DNA of 64,000 bases from Octopus vulgaris (taxonomy: Eukaryota): contig OX597821.1 of the NCBI GenBank assembly GCA_951406725.2, positions 60,698,001 through 60,762,000 of the forward strand. Reading direction: 5' to 3'. A model generated the notes under the pieces. That model did not search any database and was not told where the DNA came from. It saw nothing but the letters and a program-made list of their open reading frames with translations. A program made the position numbers and the translations under genes. Shown piece by piece: positions 28,199-40,682 of the stretch (positions within the stretch are counted from its first letter, which is position 1; each line of letters begins with the position of its first letter).

Positions 28199-28404
28199 TG
28201 TAAAACGGTAAGAAAGAGAAGAGGGTGTGTGAAAGAGAGAGTGTGAAAAAGAATCAAGAAGGGGACAGAAAGGAACGTGTGATGGGGAGAAAATAATACG
28301 GAGAACAAATATTAAATGAACTTGAGAACAAATGATAAAGATAAAGAGGGAACAAGAAAGAATGAGAAAATAAGAAATAGAGAGAATGGCAACAGCGAGA
28401 GAAT

Positions 28405-28698
28405 GTCACTTGGTTGGTTACGAAGACAAGTATTACAGTTGATCTGATTAACGGTGCAACTTGCTTGTGAAATTAGGGTGCAAGTGGCTGAGTACACCAC
28501 AAATATAGGTACCCTTAACGTAGTTCTCAAGGAGATTCAACATGACACAGAATGTGACAAGGCTGGCCCTTTAAAATACGGGTAAGACTCATGTTTGCCA
28601 ACTGTGTGGACTGGAGCAACATGAAATAAAGTGTCGCCGGGAATGGAACTCACGACACTATGATCGCGAACCGAATACCCAAACCACTAAGCCACGCG
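28405..28698 (-). mobile_element. SINE family C
   Basis: Homologous to 51103-51421; tRNA-like head cgcgtggcttagtgg. Confidence 0.8.
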
Positions 28699-29018
28699 AG
28701 AATGGTCACAGCGGGAGGGACACATATCGATTGTTGGGTGAAATTGTTAGGATGCTGTGTGTGCCACGAATCTAGTCATGAAAACTCAAAATGAAACACG
28801 GAAAGTATTAACGAAAAAGGAATGAAAAAAAACAACAAAGAACAAAAAACATGGAAATTCTATCATCGGCCAAGAAGACCAGATTCAAGCGTAGTTTTAG
28901 TATGCTGAGAGTACGGAGATTTTAGTTTAATTGTACCGATCATTTGGTTGCGTCAATGATAGAGGGAACGCCACTAAAGTGATGTAGAAACAAAGGCTAA
29001 ACGGGAAGAACAACAACA

Positions 29019-29049
<31 letters not shown>

Positions 29050-29257
29050 CATACATACATACATACATACATACATGCATACATATGTGTGTGTGTGTAT
29101 GTGTGTATGGTTTTACAAGAAGAGAACTGACAATGGCTTCGAATTTTCGGTAGTATAACGAAAATGTTTCATAAACATGTAGCACTAAAATTATTGAGCA
29201 ATCCTTCAATTTAATTTGTTTTTATATATATAACTTGACATAAAACCACATTAACGA

Positions 29258-29295
<38 letters not shown>

Positions 29296-29299
<4 letters not shown>

Positions 29300-29671
29300 G
29301 TTGTATACTGTCAACTTAACGTGACAATCCCGCAAGGGAATTACATCACCACTATTTAGCCCTAGAAAGCATCGACGCTTCCTGTCGGCCTTGACACATT
29401 TCCTGTGTCCTTATATATTTACGAAGGGGAGACAAACACCCCCAACAGCTAGGCCTGCATCAAGAGACATGCATGTTTCTGAGTCTTGCCCATCATCAGT
29501 CTAGAGTAGCAAGGCCTGCTAGCTGAAGATATTTTTCTAGACTTCGTAATATATAAGGACACAGGAAATGTGTCAAGGCCGACAGGAAGCGTCGATGCTT
29601 CCTAGGGCTAAATAGCGGTGGTGTAATTCCCTTACGGGACTGTCACGTTAAGTTGACTGTATACAACCACT
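29296..29671. mobile_element. Fold-back cassette (130-bp arms 29296-29426 and 29542-29671) with an HHR in the loop
   Basis: Near-perfect inverted repeat between (TA)n tracts. Confidence 0.88.
29456..29510 (-). ncRNA. Hammerhead ribozyme motif
   Basis: Minus strand ctactctaga CTGATGA tggg caaga ctca GAAAC ATGCAT GTC tcttgatgc; palindromic stem III ACATGCATGT. Confidence 0.8.
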
Positions 29672-29724
29672 CTATCGCTCCACCACCGCATATATCTCTA
29701 TGAGATATTTAGAAATTTAATATT

Positions 29725-29759
<35 letters not shown>

Positions 29760-29772
29760 CATTTATGCTTGT

Positions 29773-29842
<70 letters not shown>

Positions 29843-29913
29843 ATATTTAATTTTATTTGTTAGGGAATAAAACTTCCGGCATAACAGGGGTTCAAATTAT
29901 TCTGAATTAGGAA

Positions 29914-30084
29914 ATACATATTTTCGTTTAGAGATAGTAGGCCCCTTCATCTCACCATATAAAAGAATTAGAATTTAAATACTTGCTACTTTATAACTTG
30001 CCAAGTTATAAAGTAGTATTTAAATTTTAATTCTTTTATATGGTGAGATGAAGGGGCCTACTATCTCTAAACGAAAATATGTAT
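29914..30084. repeat. About 85-bp near-perfect palindrome (hairpin) centred on 30001
   Basis: ...ctttataacttg C caagttataaag...; arms identical except a 5-bp indel and one substitution. Confidence 0.9.
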
Positions 30085-30090
30085 GTATAT

Positions 30091-30695
30091 ATAATGATGA
30101 AACAAAAGATAGGTTACTAAAATATATTCTGTTGTAAAATTATAATGTGCACGAAATCATGTACTAAAATATATAGATGTATAAATATATAAATACACTT
30201 AAAAATATATTGATATAAATAATTAAATATGCTAAGAATATATTAAGAACATACAATATATAGTCCTACTTACAATAAAAACGGTATTGATATTATATAC
30301 ACAGAATGGGTTGAGTGCAGAGAATACTGTAAATCAATATAGGTGTTTGTAGTTCGTTAAAATCCGACAGCTGTTTCTAGGGGCACAGGGGTACAAAGAT
30401 GTAGTAATAGAATTTAAGTTCCATTAATCTAATATCACCGCCTCCTTCTTCAGGGAATTTGCCAACTGGTAAAGCTGCATTTGTCATGCAAAAAGTGCAT
30501 GGCAAACGTAGCTTTAATATATTCATAGCATATTTATATATATATATATCTATATATTTTAAATGTATTTTTGATACATTTTAAAGTGTATTTATATATT
30601 TATATATCTATATATTTCAGTACATGATTTTGTGCACATAATAATTTTACAACAGAATATGTTTTAGTAACCTGTCTTTGTTCTCTCATCATTAT
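30091..30695. mobile_element. Fold-back cassette (arms about 30091-30246 and 30514-30695) with an HHR in the spacer
   Basis: Diverged AT-rich inverted arms; minus-strand CTGAAGA (30447-30453)...GAAAC AGCT GTC (30366-30377). Confidence 0.75.
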
Positions 30696-31359
30696 TTTTC
30701 CTATTTTATTATGACACAAATATACTGAGTACTTCGATGTGTCCTATATATAGAGAAAATTTCATCTCTTGAAAATATTATATATATATATATTCTTTAT
30801 TTGTGAATTAACGCTCAATTTATAAATAAAGAAATTATTTATCCACCAACACGGTGTTGAGCACTCATTCTAACGCTCTACTGTTATGTATGTATATATA
30901 TATACGTATTGGAAAAATAGCAGTTGAAAATGCACTGAGAATAGTTAAAATTTTTTTTTTTGAAATATTTGATGCTTTAACCGGTTTCACTGTTTACACT
31001 GATTACAAAAAGTTCAAATAGAAAGACGTGGCTTGTGTCGCAGCTGTCTTGCTTCTGACTAGGGTTTGAAGTCTGTCCTATTTTTATAAGGAATTCATAT
31101 CTAAAATGAGTTTTTTTTATTAAGATTTGATTGGTAGAGACTGGTCACATGACTGGTCTTAGAAATTTTTGTATTTTCCCCACTACGTCCGTGTGTTAGT
31201 ATCAAGTGACAATGTTTGGCGTCTTAAGTTTAGGCTGACACGGTTGACTGAACAAGTCGAAACAATCAATGCTCTGAATGTTTTCTGTCAAGCGATTGTA
31301 GAGAATGAACACATGATTAAGTTTATAGACTTTTGTATGTTTCCCGCTGAACTCTACAA

Positions 31360-32915
31360 AAGAAATATATTATCTATGTTACAAGATGTGACCCACTACG
31401 AAAAGGTAAATAATTACCAAAAACCAAAGACAATGACTAAACTGAACATACTCATTCACAGATGTCAAAAAGGTTTAACAAATAAAGAATGTGACTGCCT
31501 AACCCACTTTGATTGCAAGACCAGCTACTTCTATGGTCTCCTCAAAATCCATAAGAACAAACTATTAAAAATGTATGTAAAGAACCAACTTCAAGTTGCA
31601 TAAGCGTACAATATCCCACCGACCTTAAATTTAGACCAATCGGAGCACAGAATAAGCAACTTTTTAGATATATTACTGAAACCTATTTTAAAATATATAC
31701 CAAGCCTTGTGAGGGATGATCCGGACCTGATAAACTACCTCTCAAAATCCATAAACAATGATACTACTATTGTATCTTATGATGTGGTAAACCTATATAC
31801 CACAATCCCACATCAATATGGACCAGAGGCAATAAATTTCTGAGTTGAGAAATTCCATCATGAAATTCCGGACAGAACTGAAAAGAATTTCATCACTGAA
31901 GGATTAAAGTTTATCTTCGAAAACAACTTGTTTGACTTCGAAGGTAATATTTACAAACAAATATCTAGGACTGTGATGGGGACAAAAGTTGCTCCGAAGT
32001 GCGTCAATCTAGTCATGGCATACATGGCGGTCCAGATATATGGACAATCTAAATTAATATATGGCTTGAACTTCCACAAATGCCTACTAGAAAACTGGAA
32101 ACAATTCTTAGATGACTGCCTAATCCGATAGACGTACACATTTGAACAACTTAAAGATTTCAAAAATCTAATCAACAGCATAAACAATAATATTAACTTG
32201 ACTATGGAATAGTAATACTTAAAAGACAATATTCATTAATGCTAACAGACAACGGAACAGAACGTGCCAAAGCAATAAATATCAAAGAACTGCGAAAATC
32301 GAAAAACGAACCAGATTCATCCAGTAATCTGCCCTTTATTACAACATAAAACCTAAGAAAGCCAGAGGTTTACAATATTATACACCAGAACATCCCACTA
32401 CTAAAGCAAGACTCAAGAATGAAACAAGATAATCAAAATTAAAAGACAATGAAAGTCTCTCAAAAGACCCTCACCAGTGCTAAATTACCTTCCACAATTC
32501 CTACACCAACAGTAAAAAAATGTGGCTGTCTAATTGCGGGACCTGCATCAACCTTGTTGAAGACACAACATACAAATTCAAAACAGGACAGACTTTTACC
32601 TTAAAAAATCACTTTACGTGTTCTTCAAAGGAATTTAATATACGCTATCCAATGTCAAAAATGTAATGAGAATTACGTAGGTTAAACAAAGCTTACTCTA
32701 AGAAATTGACTGACCATTCACCGACAACAAATACGAAACTCCAGTACTAGACAGAGCCACGGAGTGGTCGCATAGACATATGTGCAAAAACTAAGTCTCC
32801 CAAATTCCAGGTCTTCGCATTCTACTTGTGTTCAGCGAATACCACAGATGAAGCACGGATAAACAAAGAAAATACTTTCATACAAAAGTACAAACCAAGA
32901 CTTAACGAACTTTAA
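31360..32915 (+). pseudogene. Penelope-like retroelement RT + GIY-YIG (Neptune-like Cys linker), decayed
   Basis: YFYGLLKIHK, VSYDVVNLYTTIPH, FDFEGNIYKQ...MGTKVAP, WKQFLDD, Cys-rich linker (CG..NCGTC), IYAIQCQKCNENYVG, FIQKYKPRLN. Confidence 0.9.
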
Positions 32916-33055
32916 CAGAGTTAACTATTCACACACAAAGTTCATTCTGCCACTTATCACGAGAAAGCTACACAGTGAACAACCTAAACTTTAACCATTG
33001 GACTACATACAAACGAATCATGTCGATATATAAACACACATACACACACACACAC

Positions 33056-33097
<42 letters not shown>

Positions 33098-33126
33098 ATA
33101 TAAATATATATATATATATATGTGTA

Positions 33127-33160
<34 letters not shown>

Positions 33161-33703
33161 CATATATATGTATATATATGTATATATATGTATATATATG
33201 TATATATATGTATACATATGTATATATGCATGTACTTATACATACATTCATATGTACATATTCACACACACACGCTCACATGACACTAACATCAGTTCCA
33301 GTAACCTAGAAACACTGCCCCTCGTTAGCTACGAACGATCACAACATTCATTCCTCACAGAAAAAATATATAAATCTGTCGATTCAAAATATATAAATCT
33401 TTAGATTTAGAAGGGAGAGAAGAATGAGCGATATATATTATAACATCATGACGTACAAATTAGAGTTGAAAATTTATATTTAGCCAGATTAAATGGAAAC
33501 AATAGACTAAAATCCAGATATACTGAAGAAATATATATCTGTACACACAGATGTGTGTTTATGCGCGTGTGTATGAATGTATGCTTATGCGTATGTATCT
33601 ATGCGTTTGTGCGAGTGTATTTGTGTATGTTTGTGCGAGTTTGGTGTGTGTGAGCGTTTTATATTCCCATCCACGTAGAAGCTGTATTTAGTTACATATT
33701 TCT

Positions 33704-33938
33704 TATTTCTTTACTGCCCACAAGGGGCTACACAAAGAGGGGACAAACAAGGACAGACAAACGGATTAAGTCGATTATATCGAACCCAGTGCGTAACTGG
33801 TACTTAATTTAACGACCCCGAAAGGATGAAAGGCAAAATCGACCTCGGCGGAATTTGAACTCAGAACGAACGTAACGGCAGACGAAATACCGCTAAGCAT
33901 TTCGCCCGGCGTGCTAACGTTTCTGCCAGCTCGCCGCC
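33704..33938 (-). mobile_element. SINE family A, full length, with target-site duplication
   Basis: Head ggcggcgagctggcagaaacgttagc and B-box gagttcaaattcc; TSD tatttagttacatatttct (33685-33703) / tattagctacatatttct (33939-33956). Confidence 0.9.
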
Positions 33939-34610
33939 TATTAGCTACATATTTCTATTCAAGTGAGCCCTTATGCCCTGGCCGGACCGAAAATAGTCCA
34001 GTTCTAGCAGGCCTATGATCAAAGTCGTTCTAGACATGACCATCTTGTCTTTACGTTTATCTAAAGTTACATCGTGCAATATTTCGTTACGGATTTTAAA
34101 ACGCTAAAGTTTGTGATCCGAAGGAAATCTGGTTGCTGCTGATAGCATGTTGAGCATCTACATAAAAGTCCCCTCATTCATTCGTATACTTTTCAATTAG
34201 TTTTTGGTCTGCCTAACATTCTAACTCGCCCTTTAACATTCATGAGCCCTTGTAGTCCCAATATTTTAGGACTAAATCATACAAACAGGCTTTCTTGACT
34301 CGAAAAAGACCCTTGTTTTTATAATATTTTGCTTTGGTATATTGGTTTGAACATCTGTCATTTGTACAGAAGAACTGGGTTCAAGGCCCACGTGTAGGTT
34401 TCAACTTTCATTGTTTTTATAAAAGCGATGACATAACTGTGTGGTAAAGAATCTTGCAATACAACCATGTGGTGTCATATTCAATTCTACTGTGCTACAT
34501 TTTGGCCGAATTTTCTACTGTAGCCCCAGGCCGACTAGTGCCTTCTGAGAAGTGAACTTAGTAGACGGAAAATGGGTGTAAGCACGTTGCATGTATAAAT
34601 ATACATAATT

Positions 34611-34847
34611 AAAAAATGGGGAAGGCCGGTTTATAGGATTACCTTAGGTTTCCCGTACATAAAGGGTTTAGCTTTATGGCGTATCGTCAGATCCCAAAAA
34701 CCTGTTGGCCCATGACCTCTTCAAATTATGGAGAGTCATGGGCCAACAGGTTTTTGAGATTTGGGATCTGACGATACACCATAAAGATAAACCCTTTATG
34801 GACGGGAAACCTAAGGTAATCCCATAAACAGGCCTTCCCCATTTTTT
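34611..34847. mobile_element. Palindromic double-hammerhead cassette
   Basis: About 110-bp inverted arms with a 7-nt loop; each arm encodes a complete HHR. Confidence 0.88.
34763..34823 (+). ncRNA. Hammerhead ribozyme motif (mirror copy on the minus strand at 34636-34695)
   Basis: gggat CTGACGA ...ccataaag ataaacc ctttatgg... GAAAC CTAAG GTA atccc; perfect 5-bp stem I. Confidence 0.8.
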
Positions 34848-34929
34848 GATATATACTGCTCTGCATCTTAGAGTGTGCTTCTTCTTTCGGATTTATGTTG
34901 TCTGCAAACGATGTATACTAGCATATATA

Positions 34930-35330
34930 CTAGCAGTATCACCCGGTGTTGCTTGGGTTTGTTTCGACCCTTTAGAATTGGAATTTTTGAAAGGTAAAAA
35001 TTTTGCATTATGCAACTTGTTATTCTCTTCAAGTGAACATTTTTCCAGTTGAAATACACCGAAAAATGGTGACACAGCAGTCAAAAATCGTAAAAAATAG
35101 GGATAAGGCCTAGACAAACACATTATCGATTTTTGCACTTGCGAGATGAATTTCGGAACAGAAATAGCGCAGTTCAATTTTCATTCGCCTAAACTTTAAG
35201 TGACCCATTTTTGGTGGTCTACGATTTGTTGGCTAGGAGGAGATGTGCCGGGAAGTTAAACACACAGACACACACACAGACACACACACAGATACACACA
35301 CAGACACACAAGTTGAGATTTATATATATA
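34930..35330 (-). mobile_element. Non-autonomous Helitron-like element
   Basis: Minus-strand 3' end cccaagcaacaccggg hairpin + tgatactgCTAG|T; the 5' end has tatataaatctcaacttgtgtgtctg repeats. Confidence 0.65.
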
Positions 35331-35377
35331 AGGGTCGATTTCTTCCCTACAAGGCGGTGCTGCAGCATGACCACAGT

Positions 35378-35411
<34 letters not shown>

Positions 35412-35457
35412 GATACATATATATATATATATACACACAGACACATATATATATGTG

Positions 35458-35512
<55 letters not shown>

Positions 35513-36424
35513 TTGTCTTTGTGCTTGGGCCCAACTCCACCGCTTGAAAACCGGTTTGGGTTTGTTTACGCTCCCGTAATAATGCGGTTCGTAAAATCAG
35601 ACTGAAAAACTTACTCCCAGAGTAAAAAAAAAATCCTGTGGGCAATCTGTTCAAGTAAAAAAAGAAAAAAGAAAACTCTTTAAGGCGGTGCCCCTGTAAC
35701 AAGTAACAGATATGAGATAAAAAGATATGAAATAGTGTATATATAATATGAAATAGTGTGATAACAGTTTGGAACATAGAAGGAAAGAAATGATCACATT
35801 TAAACAAAAGAGAGAGTAGTCAGAACGGAATCAACAGACTCAGTCTATAAATTGAAAGATCGAACAACGTTTCATCCGTTCGATTTTTCCCCATATGAAT
35901 AACGGCCCGATTGCTTTATATGTCTTAACTTTATTAAAGTATAACGTCGACTTCAGAAGATTATGTGTTAACATACTACTTCTGAGATTATTTCTAAATA
36001 TATACTTTTTCAGATAATATAGATTTCTGTTAAACAAGTGGTCAATATATATCATCTCCAACGAAGATATGCCACAGCTTGAAAGAAACCAAAAAAAAAA
36101 GAAAGAAAAATGTAATTATGTATGTATGTATTTTTCTATCTCTCTATATCTACACACGCACACACACACACACACACACACATGTATGTAGGTATATATA
36201 TATATATTTATACATTTTACACAGGCAAACACACACATACGTGTGGTTATGTGTGTGCATAAATATATATATATGTACTCACCTTTGTTTGTATATGTAT
36301 ATGTATGTATATATATATGTGTGTGTGTGTGTGTATGTATATATATATATGTATGTATGTGTTTTGTGTGTGTAACATTACATGCATATATACATAACAA
36401 GTGTGCATATCTATCAATCAATCA

Positions 36425-36486
<62 letters not shown>

Positions 36487-36964
36487 ATATCTATCTATCG
36501 GTACATACATATAATATTAAATATATATGCCATACATTATCTCAATATACACGACATTGTATAATATTAATGTATACTATATATTCTTGCTTTTGTGAAA
36601 TATATTATATAGCAGCGTTATATTTCCTCTCTCTATGACCAAGGACAAGCCACTCAAGTATATAATAGATATTCAGATTGATTATAAAAATTTAATAACA
36701 GTCTGTCGTTTTCTGAATTTTTCCTACGTCATCCTCGTTTTCCTCGTCAGGCAAACACTCCCCCACGCTTGCTCGCATGTACATTACTTTTAACCAGTAA
36801 TATCTATTATTCCTAACCAACAGTGTAGCGGTGTGGCCTTTATGAGTCATAGTGCTATTGGCGTTGTATGTATATACACACACATATATGTATATACATA
36901 TACTATTTTACTTGTTTCAGTCATTTGACTGCGGCCATGCTGGAGCACCGCCTTTATATATATA

Positions 36965-37015
<51 letters not shown>

Positions 37016-37134
37016 TAATAAAACTGAGATAGTTATTTCAAAGCAAGTTTTAAAATAAAGATATTGTAAAATTCTTGTTGACTGTTGTGTGCATAGGCAT
37101 ATATGCATGTGTGTACACACACACGCACACACAT

Positions 37135-37167
<33 letters not shown>

Positions 37168-37188
37168 CACACACATACACACACACAA

Positions 37189-37222
<34 letters not shown>

Positions 37223-37291
37223 GTGTATATATATAAGCATATGCATAAATGTGTATAAATATATATGTATATGTGTGTGTTTACATACGTG

Positions 37292-37325
<34 letters not shown>

Positions 37326-37619
37326 ACTTACGTTTCATATCTACACTACACGAATAAAGATAATCTCGCTGGAAAAAGCTGAGTGATATCTTGAACAACG
37401 GCCTTTTCGAATAGGTGCCGGGCAGTTATCTCATCACGGTTAGGTAGTTTATATTTGCCACTGGTGCTGCATGTAATTCTGTAATTGTGGGCAATAAAGA
37501 AAAGTCTCACCGAATGAGTCAATAAGTGTTAATCTGTTGTTGGTATATTGCTCTAAGTAGATCTATGACGTTCTATCCATGACTGTCCTGTTTCTATATA
37601 TATACGCATACATACATAC

Positions 37620-37860
37620 ATTGGAGATTTATCCGGTATTTCTTGAAGGAATTTTTTCCAAAATCTTCTTGAAGTTTATGGGGTCTTTTTCTGCTTTAAT
37701 GTGTTTTGGTATAATGTTAAACAGAGCGGGACCAATTGAGGTGCGGTAATTATACCGTATTGTTGTTATGAGAGGCGAATGTGATTTATGTTGTGGGCGG
37801 ATAGCACGAGGCCTAAGTTTTGTGTGTATCTTAAAGGTGATGCCAACACCATTTGGACAA
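37620..37860 (-). mobile_element. CR1-group LINE extreme 3' fragment
   Basis: GPALFNIIPKHIKAEKDPINFKK...IPD. Confidence 0.6.
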
Positions 37861-37904
37861 TATATATATAATAAGTGTAGGTGGCATACGAGTGGATATA
37901 TATT

Positions 37905-38268
37905 TATAAAAAAGAAGTTTGAAAACGCCTCTATATAAGTTAAATTCTAATTTTCTTAGAGATTTTACATGTTTCGGTTCTTCTTGAAAAAACGAACCTT
38001 ATCAAAAACATTTTAAAAAGTTAAGTATAATAAAAAAGTTCACAATTGTTTCTTACTAGTCTCAACAGAATCCACATGGTGGTGTTTTGTGGTGGCTGAA
38101 ATTGTGGAAATGACCAGCGACCGAAATAGCACTGCTACTACTGCTATTTCGGTCGCTGGTTCGTTTTTTGAAGAAGGTTCGTTTTTTCAAGAAGAACCGA
38201 AACATGTAAAATCTCCAAGAAAATCAAAATTTAACTTATATAGAGGCGTTTTCAAACTTCTTTTATAT
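37905..38268. mobile_element. Fold-back cassette with a decayed HHR in each arm (37905-38008 and 38164-38268)
   Basis: Plus arm TTGAAGA a ggttc...gaacc GAAAC AT GTA; inverted arms of about 100 bp. Confidence 0.8.
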
Positions 38269-38497
38269 ATATATATGTGTGTACGAGGTGGTGTTATACT
38301 GGTCCAAACCTATCAAAGTTATACATACATACATACATACATACATACATACATACATACACATTTAACTATATATATATATATATATATATAGTTAATC
38401 CAAACAAGAAAATAAAAAAAACAAAAAAAAAACAACAACGCGAGGACGTGGAACAAATAAAGTATTATTGGACGCTCAGGAAAGAAGGGAAGAAGGA

Positions 38498-38535
38498 GGC
38501 TTTAACGTTTCGAGCGGAGCTCTTCGTCGGAATCA
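38498..38535 (-). ncRNA. Minimal HHR variant (CCGACGA core)
   Basis: Minus strand tt CCGACGA a gagc tcc gctc GAAACGTT aa; related context at 22570-22790 and 51515-51680. Confidence 0.6.
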
Positions 38536-38784
38536 TAGGAGAAGGAAAGATCCCGAGAAGGGAAGACGGAGGAAATAAATCGCCAGCGGTACTCACGAGG
38601 TCACATATTGAAAGACCGGAAGTAGAAAGGTGGAAGAATAATGTTTTTTAAAGACAGGAGAGTTTTCAAATACAGTAGGTAGTATGTCAAAGACAAGGAA
38701 AGTGATGGGGGGAATGTGTGTGGATGTGTGCGTGCGCGGAGGTCTGCGTGTGCGCGTGTGTGTGTATGTGTGCAATGATGACAC

Positions 38785-38816
<32 letters not shown>

Positions 38817-39346
38817 GTATGTGTGTATGGCGAACAACTGGCTAGTAGCTGGCCAGTTTGAAAGAATAAGCAGTGGTGTTTTTTGTGTCCAGTCACAGGT
38901 CAAAACAAAGGTTGTGTGCGTGTATGTATATGTATTGTGTGTTTGTTTTGTTTGTAGTGTGTGTGTGTGTGTATGTGTGTGTTCGTGTGTGTATGCGTAG
39001 AGTTTGGGTGTGTGGCGAGTAACTGTGCTTAACTTAGTGTATGTGTGCGTGTGTGCTTGTACGTGCGTGTGTGTGTATATATATGTATGTATAATTGTGT
39101 GCGTGTATGTATAATTGTGTGCGTGTATGTATAATTGTATGCCGTGTGTATAGGATGTATGTGTGGGTGTGTATGTGTGTGTGTGTGTGTGTGTATGTGT
39201 GTGTAGTTGTGTGTGCGTGTATGTGTGCGTTTGTATGTGTGTGTGTGTGTAAGCGTATATGGATGTATATGTGTATCCGTGGGGTTGTGAGTTTTGGGTG
39301 TGTGCATTAGTGTGCGTGTGTGCGTGCGTATGTGTGCGCATGTTTT

Positions 39347-39389
<43 letters not shown>

Positions 39390-39390
<1 letters not shown>

Positions 39391-40426
39391 TCATAAGGGC
39401 ACGCGAATGCGCCTGCCTGCGTGAGATAAGAGTTAAAATCCTCATTCAGACCACCAAGAATAACACTGAAAATAAAAACAGAAGCAACAACATTCGGGCG
39501 AGCGAAACGAAAAATTCTTTCACATACCTATATAGCATAATGCTATATATTTCTTAATATTAGTATACATGTGGATCGGTTTCTGGTTTGATATAACAAC
39601 TTCATCAGCACGCATCAACCATTTGAAAAAATTTCCCAACCTACTACGTTGAAATCTGCTGGCACTCTGAATTGTTTTGCGCCAAATCAGGATAGCTTCA
39701 GTGTGAAAAGTACCTAATTCTTTACTACCCACATGGGGCTAAACACAGAGAGGACAAACAAGGACTGACAAACGGCTAAAGTCGATTATATCGACCCCAG
39801 TGCGTAACTGGTACTTATTTAATCGACCCCGAAAGGATGAAATGCAAAGTCGAACTCTGCGGAATGTGAACTCAGAACGTCGCGGCAGACGAAATACCGC
39901 TAAGCATTTCACCCGGCGTGCTAACGTTTCTGCCAGATCGCTTGCCTTTTTCAGTGTGAAAAATACCAATCAAGAGCAAATATACATGAGTGAATATTTA
40001 TATAGATATTAATATTGCTATTATTATCGAAGGCAATATAAATAGTTGATAATAACTGCAACATTAATATATTGGTTGCAGGCCTGAAATAGCATTATAT
40101 AGCTATAGAATTAAAATTATATCAATCATAAGGACACACAAATGCGCCTGCCTGCTACATTTTTTTCGATCTATTCGCCCAAGTATTGTTAATACTGTTG
40201 TTATTTTCAGTGTTATTTTTGGTGCTTTGACGAGAGTTTTAACTCTTATGTCTAGCAGACAGGCGCATTCGTGTGCCCGTATGATTGATATATTTTTAAT
40301 TCTGCAGCTATATAATGCTGATTGAGGCCTGCAACCAGCTATATTAATGTTCCTGTTATTAACAAATATTTATATTGCCTTCGATAATAATAGCAATATT
40401 AATATATATATAAATATTCACTCCTG
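39390..40426. mobile_element. Permuted HHR cassette plus inverted copy, with a SINE A inserted at about 39720-39945
   Basis: Direct repeat 39390-39420/40125-40154; 40162-40426 is the reverse complement of 39985-40157 joined to 39390-39515; minus-strand CTGATGA...GAAACCGATC at 39571-39611. Confidence 0.75.
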
Positions 40427-40449
40427 ATACATATATACATACACACACA

Positions 40450-40525
<76 letters not shown>

Positions 40526-40611
40526 CATACATACACAAAAACACACACATATATGTACGAGTATGTATGCATATATATATGCATATATATGTACATATAT
40601 ATGTACATACA

Positions 40612-40682
<71 letters not shown>

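Noticed and set aside
35860-36760. Additional HHR-like half matches (35866-35956 minus, 36700-36752 minus; also 16875-16926 and 63260-63275)
   Set aside because: Core or stems too degenerate to call, although they may be older members of the same class
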